From: Mobula birostris
Taxonomy: Eukaryota
Direction: 5' to 3'
Assembly (NCBI RefSeq): GCF_030028105.1
Contig: NC_092383.1
Span: 76,487,359-76,551,358 of the forward strand
Length of the DNA: 64,000 nucleotides
Position 1 is the stretch's first letter. Each line of letters opens with the position of its first letter. Shown here piece after piece: positions 48,701-61,383 of this stretch. The translations under genes and the position numbers were made by a program. The notes under the pieces were generated by a model, which was given only the letters and a program-made list of their open reading frames with translations, was not told the origin of the DNA and did not search any database.

Positions 48701-49480
48701 TTGGTTTGAAAGAGATCAAAGAAAGACAAAAAGTAAGGTAATAACACTCAATTTTCTAGCATCAACAATAATGTAAATTGGAAGGAATAGAACTTCATGC
48801 ATATAAATGTAAATTTTCAATGCCAAAGAGGTTGTTTGACACGAGTTGTGGTGCAATCAGTCAAGTTGAGTATGATGTCCTCCCAAGAGGTTATGCCCTT
48901 ATACTTTATACTTTATTGTTGCCAAACAATTGATACTAGAACATACAATCATCACAGTGATATTTGATTCTGCGCTTCCTGCTCCCTGGAGTACAAATTG
49001 ATAATAAATATTAAAAATTTAAATTATAAATCATAAATAGAAAATAGAAAATGGAAAGTAAGGTAGTGCAAAAAAACCGAGAGGCAGGTCTGGATATTTG
49101 GAGGGTACGGCCCAGATCCGGGTCAGGATCCATTCAGCAGTCTTATCACGGTTGGAAAGAAGCTCTCCTTAATGGAGAACGCCTGTTTAACATAGGGAGG
49201 TTGATGCACAGGCAGCCATCACATGGTACTTGACAGATTGGGGCCAGAGTCGCCTTCACTGCTGTTGTGACAAGTCATCACCTTCTGACAGCTCCTGCAT
49301 GGAGGTCTTGGCTGGATCACTCTTTTTTTGAAAACTCCGCCTTGAACTTCCTGCCAGGAGCTAAGCCCCAGACAGCATCATTCTCGGGATCTCAGGAACT
49401 CACAAGCCTCTCCACCATGACAAGGTAACGAGCCTTGGAGAAGACACTAAGGCATATAACATTAACCAAAAGGGTAAAAA

Positions 49481-49532
49481 CTCTAAACTAGAGTTCGTGT
49501 CTCTGTCTCTAAACTAGAGTATGTGTCTCTGT
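49481..49532. repeat. 26-bp tandem duplication
   Basis: CTCTAAACTAGAGTTCGTGTCTCTGT / CTCTAAACTAGAGTATGTGTCTCTGT. Confidence 0.85.
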
Positions 49533-52500
49533 GAACCTTAGTGTGTCTATATTAGCTAATAGAACAAATCCATGCTGTTACAAGTATTGACAAATCTCTC
49601 AGTGAGAAAAACATTACTCAGTTTCTAGGAGAGCAGAGCATATATGAAGAAAACTTGCAAATTTCTGCATTTAACTATGTGTGCATGCAGGAAATGAAGG
49701 TTGTTCAATTCCCATGTTACTAACAGTGAACGCAGAACTCTGAAAAATTAATACGACTCTTCAGCCAGGAGATGGTGCCATTGATCAGCATAACTCTGTT
49801 AGATTATTTGGTTCAAAGTTCACAAGTTCAAATTAAATTTATTATCAAAGTTGCATATCACCCTATGCAAGCCAATTTTCTTGCAGGCATTCATAATAAA
49901 TAGAAAGAAACGCAATCGAATCAATGACCGAGTTGGACAACCAGTGCGCAAAAGACGACAAACTGTGCAAAAACAAAAAAAAGAAAAAATACAATTATAA
50001 ATAAGCAATAATTATCGAGAAAATGAGTGTAGGGTCCTTAAAAGTGAGTCTATTTGTTTGTGGAATCAGTTTAGTTTTGGGCTGAGTGAAGTTATCCACT
50101 CTGGTTCAAGAGCCTGATGGTAGAAGGTTATTAACTGTTCCTGACCCTGGTGGTGTGGGATTTTGAGGATCCTGTACCTCCTTCCTGATGGCAGCAGTGA
50201 GAAGAGAACATGGCCTAGATGGTGGGGGTCCTTGGTGATGGATGCTGCTTTCTCACAATAGCGCTCCTTGTAGATGTGTCCCACTTTCACCTCTTGAGTA
50301 CTGGTAGTAACGGGAGTGTGTGTGGGAGGGTGTTGAATGGTTGGATAGTCAAGTTATTAAATTATCATTCAACTTCAAAAATAAAATCATATTTGTTCAA
50401 ATTATGAGTAATGCATATAAAATACTGGGGGAGCCCAGCAGGTTCGGCAACATCAATGGAAAGGAATAAACAGTCATTTCACGCTGAGATCCTTCATCGG
50501 GACTGGAAGTGAAGGGAGAGGAATCCAGAATAAGAAGCTTGGGTGAGGGGAAGGAGTACAAGCTAGAGGTGAGAGGTGACACCAGGAGGAAGGTAGGTAG
50601 GGGAAAGTGAGAAACTGTGAGGTGATAGGTGGAAAAGTTAAAGGGCTGAAGAAGGGATCTGATAGGACAGGAGAGTGGACCTTGGGAGAAAGGGAAGGAG
50701 GACAGGTATCAGACGATGAGGAGAATAGAAGTAATAAAAGCGGGGCCAGAGTAGGAATGGAAGAAGAAGGAACAGGGAGGGAGAAATGACCAGAAGGTAG
50801 CGAATTTTATGTTTATACTGCACCAGCAATCAGAGGCTGGCCATCTGGTCTGTGCTAATTTTTAGGTTTTAATAGACCTTCTTTCCATCCTTTCATTTTT
50901 TTCTCCATAATTTAGCTTCTCTGCAAACTTCTGTATGATAATTATCTCAAATACTCTATCTGGTAGCAAATTCTACAATCTAATCACCTTCTACATAAAG
51001 ATCCTTACTCATCCCTTCCGGAGGTCTTATCATATTGACATTATATTCTGAAAAGATTTCTTTATCTTTCACATGTACACCAAAACACAGTGAAATGCCT
51101 CATTTGTGTCAAATCGAATCAGCTGGAGGCAGCCCACAAGTGTCGCTATGCTTCCGACACCAACATTCCATGCCCACAACTTAACAAACCCTAACAATAC
51201 ATCTTTGGAAGGTAGTTATAATTCATTAGCAGGAAAGAAAAGAAAGAAGAGTGGTGAAAGAGGAAGAAAGAAAACAAGCAAATGGCAGATTGTGTTAATT
51301 TTCTCGATCTCACCATTTGTTACTCTGCACCTCTCAATCGGCAATGAGTGTGTGAGAAAAGCACCCAGTAAAATGACAATAGAGCTGTGTACAATTTATG
51401 ACACATTATCTCACACTCTTCTTGCTGTTCTGAAACCACAGAAATCATGATTATATGTTAATGCTGAAACTGTTTCCTTCAGTTAGATAATTCAAGGGAT
51501 AAAGAAAAGACCAACATGACATTTCATTGAATTCCCATGAGTGATACAGGTAATTAATGCATAATGAAAATGCATTGTCTTTACCACGCTGTGAGTAGCG
51601 ACTATCAGCCATGAGGATGGAGTGGAGGAGTGTACATCACATGCATACTTCTGCCACACTGCACTTAACTAGTGACAGGCTGTTCTAATTTCCAAATTTT
51701 CATTTCAAAATCATGATTAAACCCCAATTACTGGAACTGTGAGGTAGCAGCTGTACTAAGTGTATCACAGTACCACCCAATCTTGGAAATAAGTATAAAT
51801 TGCCCATACCTGTTTGCTATGAGGCCATTATGGACCATGCAAATAATGCATGGTGGGAGTTAGTTATAGGTTAGGCAGCAGAAGGATAAGACCATAAGAC
51901 GTAGAAGCAGAATTTGGCCATTTGGCCTATCAAGTCTGCTCTGCCTTTCCATGATGGCTGATTTATTATCTTTCTCAAAGCCATTCTTTTGCCTTCTCCC
52001 CATAACCTTTCACACTCTTACTAATCAAGAACCTAACAACTTCCACCTTAACCAGTGACTTGGCCTGCACATCTGTTTGTGGATTCCACAGATTCACCAC
52101 CTTCTGGCTGTGGATAGCAAGATTATCTGTTCTGCAGGACAAAACAATCTAAGCAGTAATTCTAACCCAGGAAAGGAGACAAAAGGTCAGGCGTTCAAAC
52201 CAAATTTAGATCCTAGCCCTAATTTATTTAAGTCTGTCAAATGGAAAATGCAGATCTGGCCATAAGCATGAGATATAACATTTGTACAAGCATGTTGACA
52301 CTGTAAGTTGTTGTGATCTGGAAATCAGAATAAAAAACTTAGAAAGAAGAATTGAATAAATATTTGAAAAGTAAAATAATTGCCAGAAAGTGCACATGAA
52401 AAGAGACTAATTAGTTTTGTTGTATCAGCACAACTTTCTGGACCTCAGAATCTCTCAAAGTAATGTATTTATTTACCTGAAGTTGCTTGCAATTGGGAAA

Positions 52501-53269
52501 TATGAATTCCAAATTGCACACATTGAGATCTCACAGCTAGGCACATGGACTGAATGAGTTTCTTCTGTGCGATGTGATTCTAAAAGAAAGAAACTACGGT
52601 TGGTTTCCGGAGGGACAGTCTGCTATTATTCTTTCTCACCAGTAGATGTTGCGTTTTACATACATAATCCTTCTCACTCATTGTTGCCAAGTCTTTGCTG
52701 TGATTCAATGTTACTCAAGTCTTGTGCTTTGAAAAATATGGAGCACAACTATAAAAGCATGATCTGAACAACCACAAGATAGAGGAGCAGAATGAGGCCA
52801 TTCAACCCATCGAATTTGCTCCAGCATTCCATCATGGCTGATTTATTATCCCTCTCAACCCCATTCTCCTGCCTTCTCCTCATAACATTTGACACACTTA
52901 CTAATCAAGAACCAATCAGCCGCCACTTTAAATATACCTAAGGACTTGGCCTCCATAGCGTCTGTGGCAATTATTTACTGTACTACGGCTTAAGAAATTC
53001 CCCATCATCTCTGTTTGAAAGGGAAGTCCCTCTATTCTGAGGCTGTGCCCTCTAGTCCTAGACTCCCCCACTATAGAGAACGTCCTCTCCATGTCCACTC
53101 TACCTAGTCCTTTCAATATTCAATAGATTTCAATGAGATCCCTCCTCATGATGATGCATAAATAATGAAAATAAGAGGAATGTAGGAACATAGTAATTGT
53201 AAGATTGCAAATGGCCCAAACCTTCACTGTTCCCCTTTGTCCACCATGATCATTGAACAAAAGAAAGAA

Positions 53270-53580
53270 ATTGTAATTTATGTAGCACATTTCCTGAACC
53301 CAAGATATCACAACTTCTTCACCTAGTGAAGTACTTTTGAACTGTTGTCACTTTTACAATACAGAAAGAGACAGTAAACCATTTCCTTTTAGCACGTGCT
53401 GACAGACAGAAATGAACTAAGGAGCAGAAAATCTGTTTTATATATGTAAAACAAGATTGAAAATTAGGGTAAGTTCCTTGTTCATCCAAACTAGTGTCAC
53501 AGGTCCTTTTCATCCATCTGAAAAGATAGATGGCACCTCATATGTAAATTCTGAACAATAATCCGTTGTTCCCTCACCTA
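53270..53580 (-). mobile_element. Old Deu-domain (SacSINE/AmnSINE-like) SINE remnant; related tail at ~61255-61345(+)
   Basis: GGTCCTTTTCATCCATCTGAAAAGATAGATGGCACCTC and TGAAGTACTTTTGAACTGTTGTCACT. The plus copy reads TTGCTGTGTATAAATTGGCTGCCACGTTTCC..CAAAAGTACTTCATTG. Confidence 0.5.
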
Positions 53581-54814
53581 ATAAAGTCAACCTTTCTTCC
53601 CAGGTTTTCAATATGTCTAACGAGTAAACATTAGTATTAAATACATGGGTATTTTTTCCAGAATTGGTCACAGCATTGTCTTGGAAATTAATTTTGCATG
53701 CCTAGTGATACCAGAAGAATGTTGAGGTCTTTCAAGCTTAATTATTTCCCAGAACTTTTTACTTAAGGGAAATCTTGTTACAATTATTCAAGACATTGCA
53801 GAGACCGCACTTCAAAGTTCAAAGTAAATTTATTATCAAAGTACATACATGACACCACATACATCTCTGAAATTCATTTTCTTGCGGGCGTTCACAGTGA
53901 ATACAAAGAAACACGACAAAATTTATGATAGACCGTACCCAAAAAGACAGACAAACACCAATCTATAAAAGACAACAAGCTGTGCAAATACAAAAAGAGA
54001 AAAATAATAATGATAAATAAATAAGCAATAAATATTGACAGCATGAGATGAAGAGACCTTGAAAGTGAGACCATAGGTTCAGTAATGGGGTGAGTGAAGT
54101 TGGGTGAACTTATTGCATTTGGTTCAAAAGCTTAATGGCTGAGGGATTACAGCTGTTCCTGAATCTGGTAGCTCCTGTATCTCCTTCCTGATGGCAGCAG
54201 CGGAAGAGAGCATGGCCTGGATGGTGTAGGTCCTTGTTGATAGATGCTGCTTTCCTGCAACAGCACTCCATGCAGATGTGCTCAATACTGGGGAGGGTTT
54301 TGCCCATAATTGACTGGGATGTATCCTATAGTTTTTGTAGGCTTTTCCATTCAAGGGCATTGGCGTTCCCATACCAGGCTTTGATGCAACCAGTCAATAT
54401 GCTCTCCACCATACAACTAAAGAAATTCTTTAAGGAATTCCAATGTACAATTCCAGTCTCCTGACTATAGGAAGGACATCAATAAGTTGGAGAGGCTGCA
54501 GAGGCCATAAGGCTTCTGAGACTGGACAACTTGATTGAGAAGCAGAGATTGGTTTAGTAGGGATGATTTTCCATGGAGCGTAGGAGGCTGAGAACTGACC
54601 TAATAGAAGGATATAAAATCATGAGAGGCACATACAAGGTGAATGGTCACAGTCTTTTTCCCAGTGTGTGGGAATCTAAAACCACAGGGCATACATTTAA
54701 GGTAGGAGGCGAAAGAGTTAATGATTACCAGAGGAGCAATTTTTTCACGCAGTGTGGTGAGTATTTGAAACAACTTGCCATAGGAAGTGGTAGAGGCAGG
54801 TACAATTACAGGGT

Positions 54815-55025
54815 TGAGCAAATGCTGGAGCAGCTCAGCAGATCAGGCGGTGTTTATAGAGGGAAATGAATAGTTGAAGTTTCAGTCTGAGATTTTCATC
54901 AGGATAGCCTTGATGAAAGGTCTTGGCCCCACAGGTCAATTATTTATTTCTTGCCATAGATGCTGCCTGATTTCTTCCAGCATTTTGTGTACATTGCTCA
55001 AAATTTCCAGCATCTTATGTCTCTC
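54815..55025. mobile_element. Penelope-derived inverted pair with back-to-back hammerhead remnants
   Basis: Minus strand 54876-54902 reads CTGATGA-AAATCTCAGACT-GAAA-CTTC. Plus strand ~54910-54938 reads TTGATGA-AAGGTCTTGGCCC-CACAGGTC. Confidence 0.7.
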
Positions 55026-58000
55026 ATTTACAAGGTTGGACAGGGTACATGAATAGGAAAGATTTAACAGCATATGGGCAAAACACAGGCATATTCAGAT
55101 TCATCAGACGTACATTAAAACACACAGTGAAATATGTCGAGTTACAAACAAGAGAAAATCTGCAGAGTCGGAAATCCAAAGCAACACAGACAAAATGCTG
55201 GAGGAACTCAGCAGGCCAGGCAGCATCTGCAAAATCCGCATCGCCAACATAGGCAGAACAATACAGAACACAACAAGCGACAAAACAACAATGGGAGGAC
55301 AAGGCCCATTTCCCCCTCCCACCCATCCATGTACATACACAGTCCTCCAAACCCCAGGATAGACCATCTTTGGCCTCCAACCTCCAGTGAATTCAGACTA
55401 GCGGACTTTAGGCCTTTGACTTCCCAGCAGTCTCACAGAGATTCAGAGTCTCGGGGCTTTGGCAATCAGGCCTTGAATTCTGGACTCTCTGATGATACTA
55501 AGCCTTGACCACTGTTCTCGCTGACCCATGTACCTAGGGTGTCACAGGCCCTCATGCCTCTGGCCCACACAGAACTCCAATCCTGGAACCCACTGACCTT
55601 GAAGGCACTAGGGACCAGCTCATTTAGTTGAAATTGAGGAATTAGACTGAAGGATTTATTTTAATGCTGTATGATTCTGACTCATGGAGTTCTTCCTTTC
55701 TCTGCCTTCTGATCACATTGAGTCACTATTTCCAGTTGTTTGTTTGCTGTGTCCATCTCTGCCATAGCTGGTGGCATTGTAGTGCTGAAAGTTATGGTCT
55801 TTGTCATCAGTGCAAGTGACCTAGGTTCAGTTCTAATCGCCAGTACTGTTGGGGTGTTTGCATGCTTGCTGTGTAACTTCATGGTTTCCCCAGAAGATCC
55901 TGTTTCCTCCCACCTCCCAAAGACATCTTAGTTGTTAGGGTCATGCGCTTAATGTAAATTACCCATAGTACAGGTGGCTGGTGAGGGATTGGGAAAATAT
56001 AGACACGTGTGAGAGAATAGGTGCAGAGGCATAAGTAGGGAAATATAATTGAGGAGATTGCTCCAAGAGCCAGTACAGACTCAATGGGCCAAAAGACTTC
56101 TCTTTATGTCATAATGAAATACATAATTTGACTATCTCCATGCTACCTTCTCATATTAACATGGAAAAGGCAGGAAATGCAGGAGGAATATCAGGAAGTA
56201 TCAGCAGGTCAGGCTGCAGCTGTGGAGAGAGAAGAAAAGTCATTTTTTCATGGTGACCTTGGAAGAACTTAGAACTAAATTCATTAAAAAGTAACTGAAA
56301 ATGGGAAGGAACAAACCACATATGGTCCAATTTCCAAGCTGATGCACATACACAAATACATATGTGCACAGGACGAAGGAAGATGCACGTATACGGTACA
56401 AAGCTACAGATATACTGGCATACATAAAGATACAGAAATATGTACAACAGTCCATATTATAAAGTTAATAAATATAAATGGAATAGGCAAATGCACTGGT
56501 AGCATCCCAATCCGCCAACCTACACATAGCCCATCAAATGCACAAATATGTACAAAACTTACATATACATATGCATTCACAAAGCAGAGGTGTGCACATA
56601 TAAAGGAATGGATATACATATGGACTACAATATACATAAAACACATGCCAATACATTATCTCCATCTGAGAGGAAATAAGAGACAATGTTTTAGATCAAT
56701 GATTCTAATCAGAACTAGGGAAAATCAGAAATAAAGCAAGTTGCAAAGGACAAATAAAGTTGCAAAGGAAGGTCAGAGTGGGGTTCAGAGAGGACCAAGA
56801 GGAAGGTCTGTGGTTGAGTGAAGATAGGAGAGGAGGTTGAGAGGCTCGTCAAATGGGGCAAGAACAACAACCTGAGCCTCAACGTGGACAAGACAAAAGA
56901 GATGATTGTGGACTTCAAGAAGGTACAGGTCGACCACTCTTCATTGCATGTCAATGGCTCTGCTGTGAAGAGAGTGAAGAGGACAAATTTCCTTGGTGTG
57001 ATCTAATGGATGATCTAACCTGGACCACAATCCCTCCTCGCCAATCAAGAAGGCACAGCATGGTCTAGACTTTCTGAGACATGCATGGCTCCCCCTCCCC
57101 CATTCTAACAACTTTCTACAAGAGCACCGTCAGGAGTGTCCTGACTGGCTGCATCATTGTGTGATATGGAGGCTGCAAGGCATCAGACCACAAGAACCTA
57201 GAAAGGATAGTGAAAACCACCAAGATTACTGGGGCCTCCTTTCACATATTTATTCTTATTTTTATATTTATATTCTTATATTTATTTTTATTCCACATTT
57301 CGGAATAAGAATTGGGTTTAATATCACTGGCATGTGTTGTGAAATTTGCTAACTTTGCAGCAGCAGCACAATGCAACACATGCTAGTATAGGGGGGTGGA
57401 ACTGTGAATTACACTAAGTATATATATGTATATCAGATAGTTGAATTAAACAAGTAGTGCAAAAACAGAAATTTAAAAAAGTAGTGAGTTGTTGTTCATG
57501 GGTTCAATCTCCATTCGGAATTCGGATGGCAGAGGGGAAGAAGCTGTTCCTGAATCGCTGAGTGTGTGCCTTCAGGCTTCTGTACCTCCTTCCTGATGGT
57601 AATAATGAGAAGAGGGCATGTCCTGGGTGATGGGGATCCTTAATGATGGACACAGCCTACCTGAGGCATTGCTCCTTGAAGATGTCTTGGATACTATGGA
57701 GGCTGGTGCCCATGACAGAGCTAACTAATTTTACAACTTTCTGCAGCTTACATTTAGGGCCCAAAGCATTGTTATAGATCCCCACACCCATCCCACAATC
57801 TCTTTGACCCACTACCGTCAGGAAGAGGTACAGGACTAGTACCGGCACACTCCTTCCCACGGATTGTGAGACTATTGAATACCCTGCCACCACCGAGATC
57901 TTGTCGCTAGTTCAGTGTGCTGTTAAGTTTGCATTTTGAATTATATTTTATTAACTTATTTATGGCAATATTTTGGTTTATGTGCTGTGTGTGTAATATG

Positions 58001-60379
58001 TTTTGTGGGTGCACCGTGGTCCGGATGAGCGCTGTTTCATTTGTTTGCATATGTACAGATGACAATAAACTTGAACTTGAATTACACAAGTGAAGATTAT
58101 GTTGGCTGAGGGTGATAAAGACTTTTGGGGGGGGGATGAATAGGGGTGCCACGGTGGTATAGTGATTAGCACAATGCGACTTGGGGCGTCGTAGTTCAGA
58201 GTACAATTCCCACGCCATCTGTAAGATTGTACATCCTACTCATGAGTGTATGGGTTTCCTCCCACAGTCCAAAGGTATACCAATGAATAGGTTAATTGAT
58301 CCTGAGAATTAATTAGAATTTTTTTATTTCTTACATCTACCTCACAACATGAGGGAGTAAAAATCTTTATGTTGTATCTCCGTCAATATACTAGCAATAA
58401 GGAAGGGAAATGTGGGAGGATGTCGCCCAAACACTAAGATTGTATGCATGATTATTTACTGCACATGCCTGTACAGTCAGATATGCAATCAGATCAATGT
58501 GTATTGATAAATCTGATGGCCTGGTGAAAGAGGCAGTCCCGGAGCCTGTAGATCCTGGCCTTAATGCTACGGCACCGTTTGTCAGACGGAAGCAGTTTGT
58601 GGTTGGGTTGGCTAAAGTCCCTGAAGATCTGTAAATGTTCTGAATAGAGGAAAATTCACGTCTACAGATGCACTGGGCTGTCCGCACCACTCTCCGCAGT
58701 GCCCTGCGACTGAGGGTAGTACAGTTCCTGTGCCAGGCCGTGACACAGCCAGTCAGGATGCTCTCGATGCTGCCCCTCTAGAAAGTCCTGAGGATTTGGG
58801 CACTCATGCCAAACCTCTTCAGCCATTTGAGGAGAAGGAGGCGCAGTTGTGCTTTTTTCGGCACACAGCTGGTATGTACAGTCCAGGTGAGATCCTTGGT
58901 GATGTGTACACTGAGGAACTTGAAACTACTCACCCTCTCAACTACAGTCTCACTAATGTCAATAGGGGCTAGCCTGTCCCCATTCCCCCTGTAATCCACA
59001 ATCCATAATCCACTTCATTTTTTTTGACACTGAGGGAGAGGTTGTTTTCTTGGCACCACTGTGTGTCAGGGCGTTGACTTCTTCTCTGTAGGCTGCCTCG
59101 TCGTTGTTGGAAATAAGGCTGTCAATGTTGTGTCCTCTGCAAATTGGATCAGCAGATTGGAGCTGTGAATGGCAACACAGTCGTGGGTGTATAGAGAGTA
59201 GAGGAGGCGACTCAGGACACAGCCCTGGGGTCTCCAGTGTTGAGGGTCAGAGAGCAAAGGTGAAGCTGCCCATCCTTACCACTTGTAAATTGTAAATTGT
59301 CCTGCGGTTAGGCTAGTGTTAAATAAATGGCTGGTTGGACGATGCAGTTTGTTGGGATAAAAGGGCCTGTTCCATGTGGTATGTCCAAGTAAATAAAATA
59401 ACTGACTGCTCAATATACTGAGATAAACAAGGCACAAATACACGTGTGTCAGTCGTTCAAATTCAAAATGTGCTTCTTTATAACTTTCATTTATATAGCT
59501 CATTCAATATGGCAAAATAAGCAAAATCATTGTCGAACAAATATTGACTTTGAACTGCAACAAAAAAATAAATAAATAAAAGGAAATGTTTTTCTCTAAA
59601 AGATGAAGAACGATTGAGGAAAACAGATTTAGAAATAATATTCTGGAGATTAAGGTTATCAAGAAAAGCATGTGAATTTGATGACTATTGGAGGAGCACA
59701 GATAGTTCAGTAGGTTATCATGCTACATAAAGACATGAGAGTACGGAGGAATTGGAAAAAGAAGGCATTGCTTAGCTAAGGTCAGCAAGCAGATGGATGA
59801 AGGAGACTTGGTGTGGGTTCAGACAAGAGCAACAAAGTTTTAAGTTCGTTTAATTGTCATTCAACCGTACACATATATACACCTCCAGGGTCACGATGCA
59901 AAAACGCAGAACATACAGTCACGCACAGCACATAGAGTGACAGAAAAAAAAATAACATTATCACAAGTCCCTGAAGTTTGACTGTGCGTGGGATGAGAAA
60001 AACTGCAACCTGGTGGCCGCAGTTTGAGGAAAGTTTTGAATGACCTCCAGTTTGTAGAAAATAATCCAAGGGAGGTTGACCAAGACTATTTTGGAAATCT
60101 CATCTAGAGTCACATTTGGACTGCAGCAAGGATGGAGTCGGGCAGTCATTCATCATATAAGCATATATGTAGATCAGTACACAGACAAACACTTGGGTAG
60201 AGTCCCATAGGAGGAAATAATGCGGTATGTAAATCACTCAAATAGAAAAAACGCGGTGCAACTTTATATTGTTAGTTATCTTAAAGTCGAGTAAACTAGC
60301 CTGCAATACCCTAGTTATGCTTAAATTTTATAAATAAAATATCCTAGCTATGCTTAATTTCTTGAGAGTGAAGTAAAAC

Positions 60380-60669
60380 TTCTGGGGAACAGAAAGTTAA
60401 ATTGGAAAAAAAAGTTTGTAAAATTGTTTGTTAAGCCGCCTGAGAGAGAAGGAACCCCGGAGACGCTAGGACCCGGAGGGCGTGTGTCTATTTTCCCCTC
60501 TCTGACCACAGCAACAGTGACTGCTGATTTCCCTTAAGACGCTTCATGCCTTCATTAAAACCGCAGGCATGCAGCGCCGAGTCCTGCCCTTCTGGCCAGT
60601 TGAGATCACAACCTTTGTCATGTCCTGCGCCGACCAGCGAGATCTGCCGGCAGTTTCCCAGCTTTCAGC
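60380..60669 (+). promoter_or_regulatory. PTPN22: Candidate PTPN22 promoter / 5' UTR
   Basis: A CpG-rich block starts at ~60435. GGAACAGAAA (ETS-IRF composite) at 60386-60395, TTTTCCCCTC (PU.1-like) at 60491-60500, and RUNX cores ACCACA at 60505-60510 and AACCGCA at 60559-60565. Confidence 0.55.
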
Positions 60670-60759
60670 ATGGACCAAAATACTGCCTTGCTGAAATTCC
60701 TTAGAGAAGTTCAGGGCAAGAAATCCACCAAGGACGAGAATATTTCTGGGGAATTTCAG
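60670..60759 (+). CDS. PTPN22: First coding exon of tyrosine-protein phosphatase non-receptor type 22 (PEST family); the gene continues beyond the window
   Basis: AGC-ATG-G start; MDQNTALLKFLREVQGKKSTKDENISGEFQ, then the phase-0 donor CAG|GTAAGA. Aligns to the human PTPN22 N-terminus ([29 protein letters not shown]) better than to PTPN12. Confidence 0.8.
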
Positions 60760-61348
60760 GTAAGATCGTTGTTGAAACTATTCTGAAACTCGTGTAACAG
60801 CCGCCGAGACGCAAGCAACAGGCGTGAAAGTGTCTAGGAGAAAACAACAGAAAGTGCACTTAAAGGGGTCAACAGGTCGGGAGACTTTGAATCTCTCTCT
60901 GGTGATCTGGACGTGGGGCTCCTGTACTTCAAGAGTATTCGTCGTCAGTACCTCGGAGGGGTATTAACACGTAAAGTTGAATCCTCCCCCCCCCCCCAAT
61001 CAAGAGTTACTAGGGCAAATGACGAAAAGTCCGGCCAGAAAACCGGGATTAAAGAGTTTCTAAAAGAAACGCTGGAAAGTAGACCGAGAGTTCCCGAGTT
61101 TCAGATGCCGACAGCTGAAGGCAAAGCCATCAAATAAGCAGGAGTTAAATGCCGGGTTAACTTGGGGGCTCGGGGAAATCGCTCTGACTTTGGAGCCGGT
61201 ATTTATCCCACAGTCGGCGCCACTAAAGTAGATTTTCGGTGATGATGGCATTGCCGCTGGTGCGATCTTGCTGTGTATAAATTGGCTGCCACGTTTCCCA
61301 TATTACATCAGTGGCCATACAGCACTCCAAAAGTACTTCATTGACGGC

Positions 61349-61350
<2 letters not shown>

Positions 61351-61380
<30 letters not shown>
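61351..61380. repeat. (CA)15 microsatellite; other simple repeats are (TA)n at ~39070-39200 and 39686-39705, (TTAGA)n at ~41987-42012, and GA-rich at 34690-34770
   Basis: Read directly from the sequence. Confidence 0.95.

Positions 61381-61383
<3 letters not shown>

Noticed and set aside
56151-56734. Cys/Tyr/Ile/His-rich ORFs on both strands
   Set aside because: Translations of degenerate (CA/TA)n low-complexity DNA.
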